Positions 63,997 through 64,000 of a DNA stretch of 64,000 nucleotides are shown here, piece by piece. The stretch comes from Acidobacteriota bacterium. GTDB taxonomy: Bacteria > Acidobacteriota > Vicinamibacteria > Fen-336. The notes beneath the pieces are model-generated. The model made no database searches. It had not been told where the DNA came from and was given only the letters and a program-made list of their open reading frames with translations. Position 1 is the first letter of the stretch; each line of letters begins with the position of its first letter. The position numbers were made by a program, and so were the translations under genes. Where the stretch lies: contig QHVM01000082.1 of the NCBI GenBank assembly GCA_003223555.1, positions 163,762 through 227,761 on the forward strand. The letters run 5' to 3'.

Positions 63997-64000
63997 GGTC

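Overview
This is a ~70% GC bacterial chromosomal window, densely coded on both strands. The gene content (MglA-type GTPase, GldA/F/G-like ABC system, FHA protein, DUF4388 proteins, an HO/PVM-like microcompartment) makes a Myxococcota-like lineage likely, but that is an inference. Recognisable genes include an Lhr helicase carrying an apparent frameshift, two FabH copies, a GT2 + GT-C (GT39-like) glycosyltransferase pair, a second PMT-like GT39, a GT87-like protein, and a GldA/GldF/GldG-like ABC system with a DUF4340 protein. There are also a c-type cytochrome, a cyclophilin, an MglA-family GTPase with a long low-complexity tail, DinB, citrate synthase, UspA, PPK2, Leu/Glu-type dehydrogenase, a TonB-dependent receptor, a putrescine aminotransferase + PotABCD cluster, and PmbA/TldD.

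Four things stand out:
- Two genes carry an in-frame TGA exactly at the redox-active cysteine position: a Bcp/PrxQ peroxiredoxin (TGA at 7077-7079) and a two-domain glutaredoxin/PDO-like protein (TGA at 19006-19008, minus strand). Each TGA is followed 10-11 nt later by a GC-rich hairpin with a GGUYC apical loop, like the E. coli fdhF SECIS. These are likely selenoproteins.
- An eight-gene, translationally coupled bacterial-microcompartment operon runs from 42026 down to 38886 on the minus strand. It encodes a membrane TPR protein, a YHS-domain membrane protein, a class II aldolase with a C-terminal encapsulation-peptide-like helix, one BMC-H, three tandem BMC-P, and a small Cys/His-rich protein with an N-terminal encapsulation-peptide-like helix. 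It has no aldehyde dehydrogenase or other core enzyme.
- A dispersed intergenic repeat family (~118-127 bp units, core GCTCCGCTNCGC) occurs at at least six loci, two of them as tandem arrays. Copies share a hairpin whose stem differs between copies while staying complementary.
- The Lhr helicase reading frame is broken by an apparent 1-nt indel in a C/G run near 2811.

Many long ORFs in the provided track are alternative-frame artefacts of the high GC content and were not annotated.
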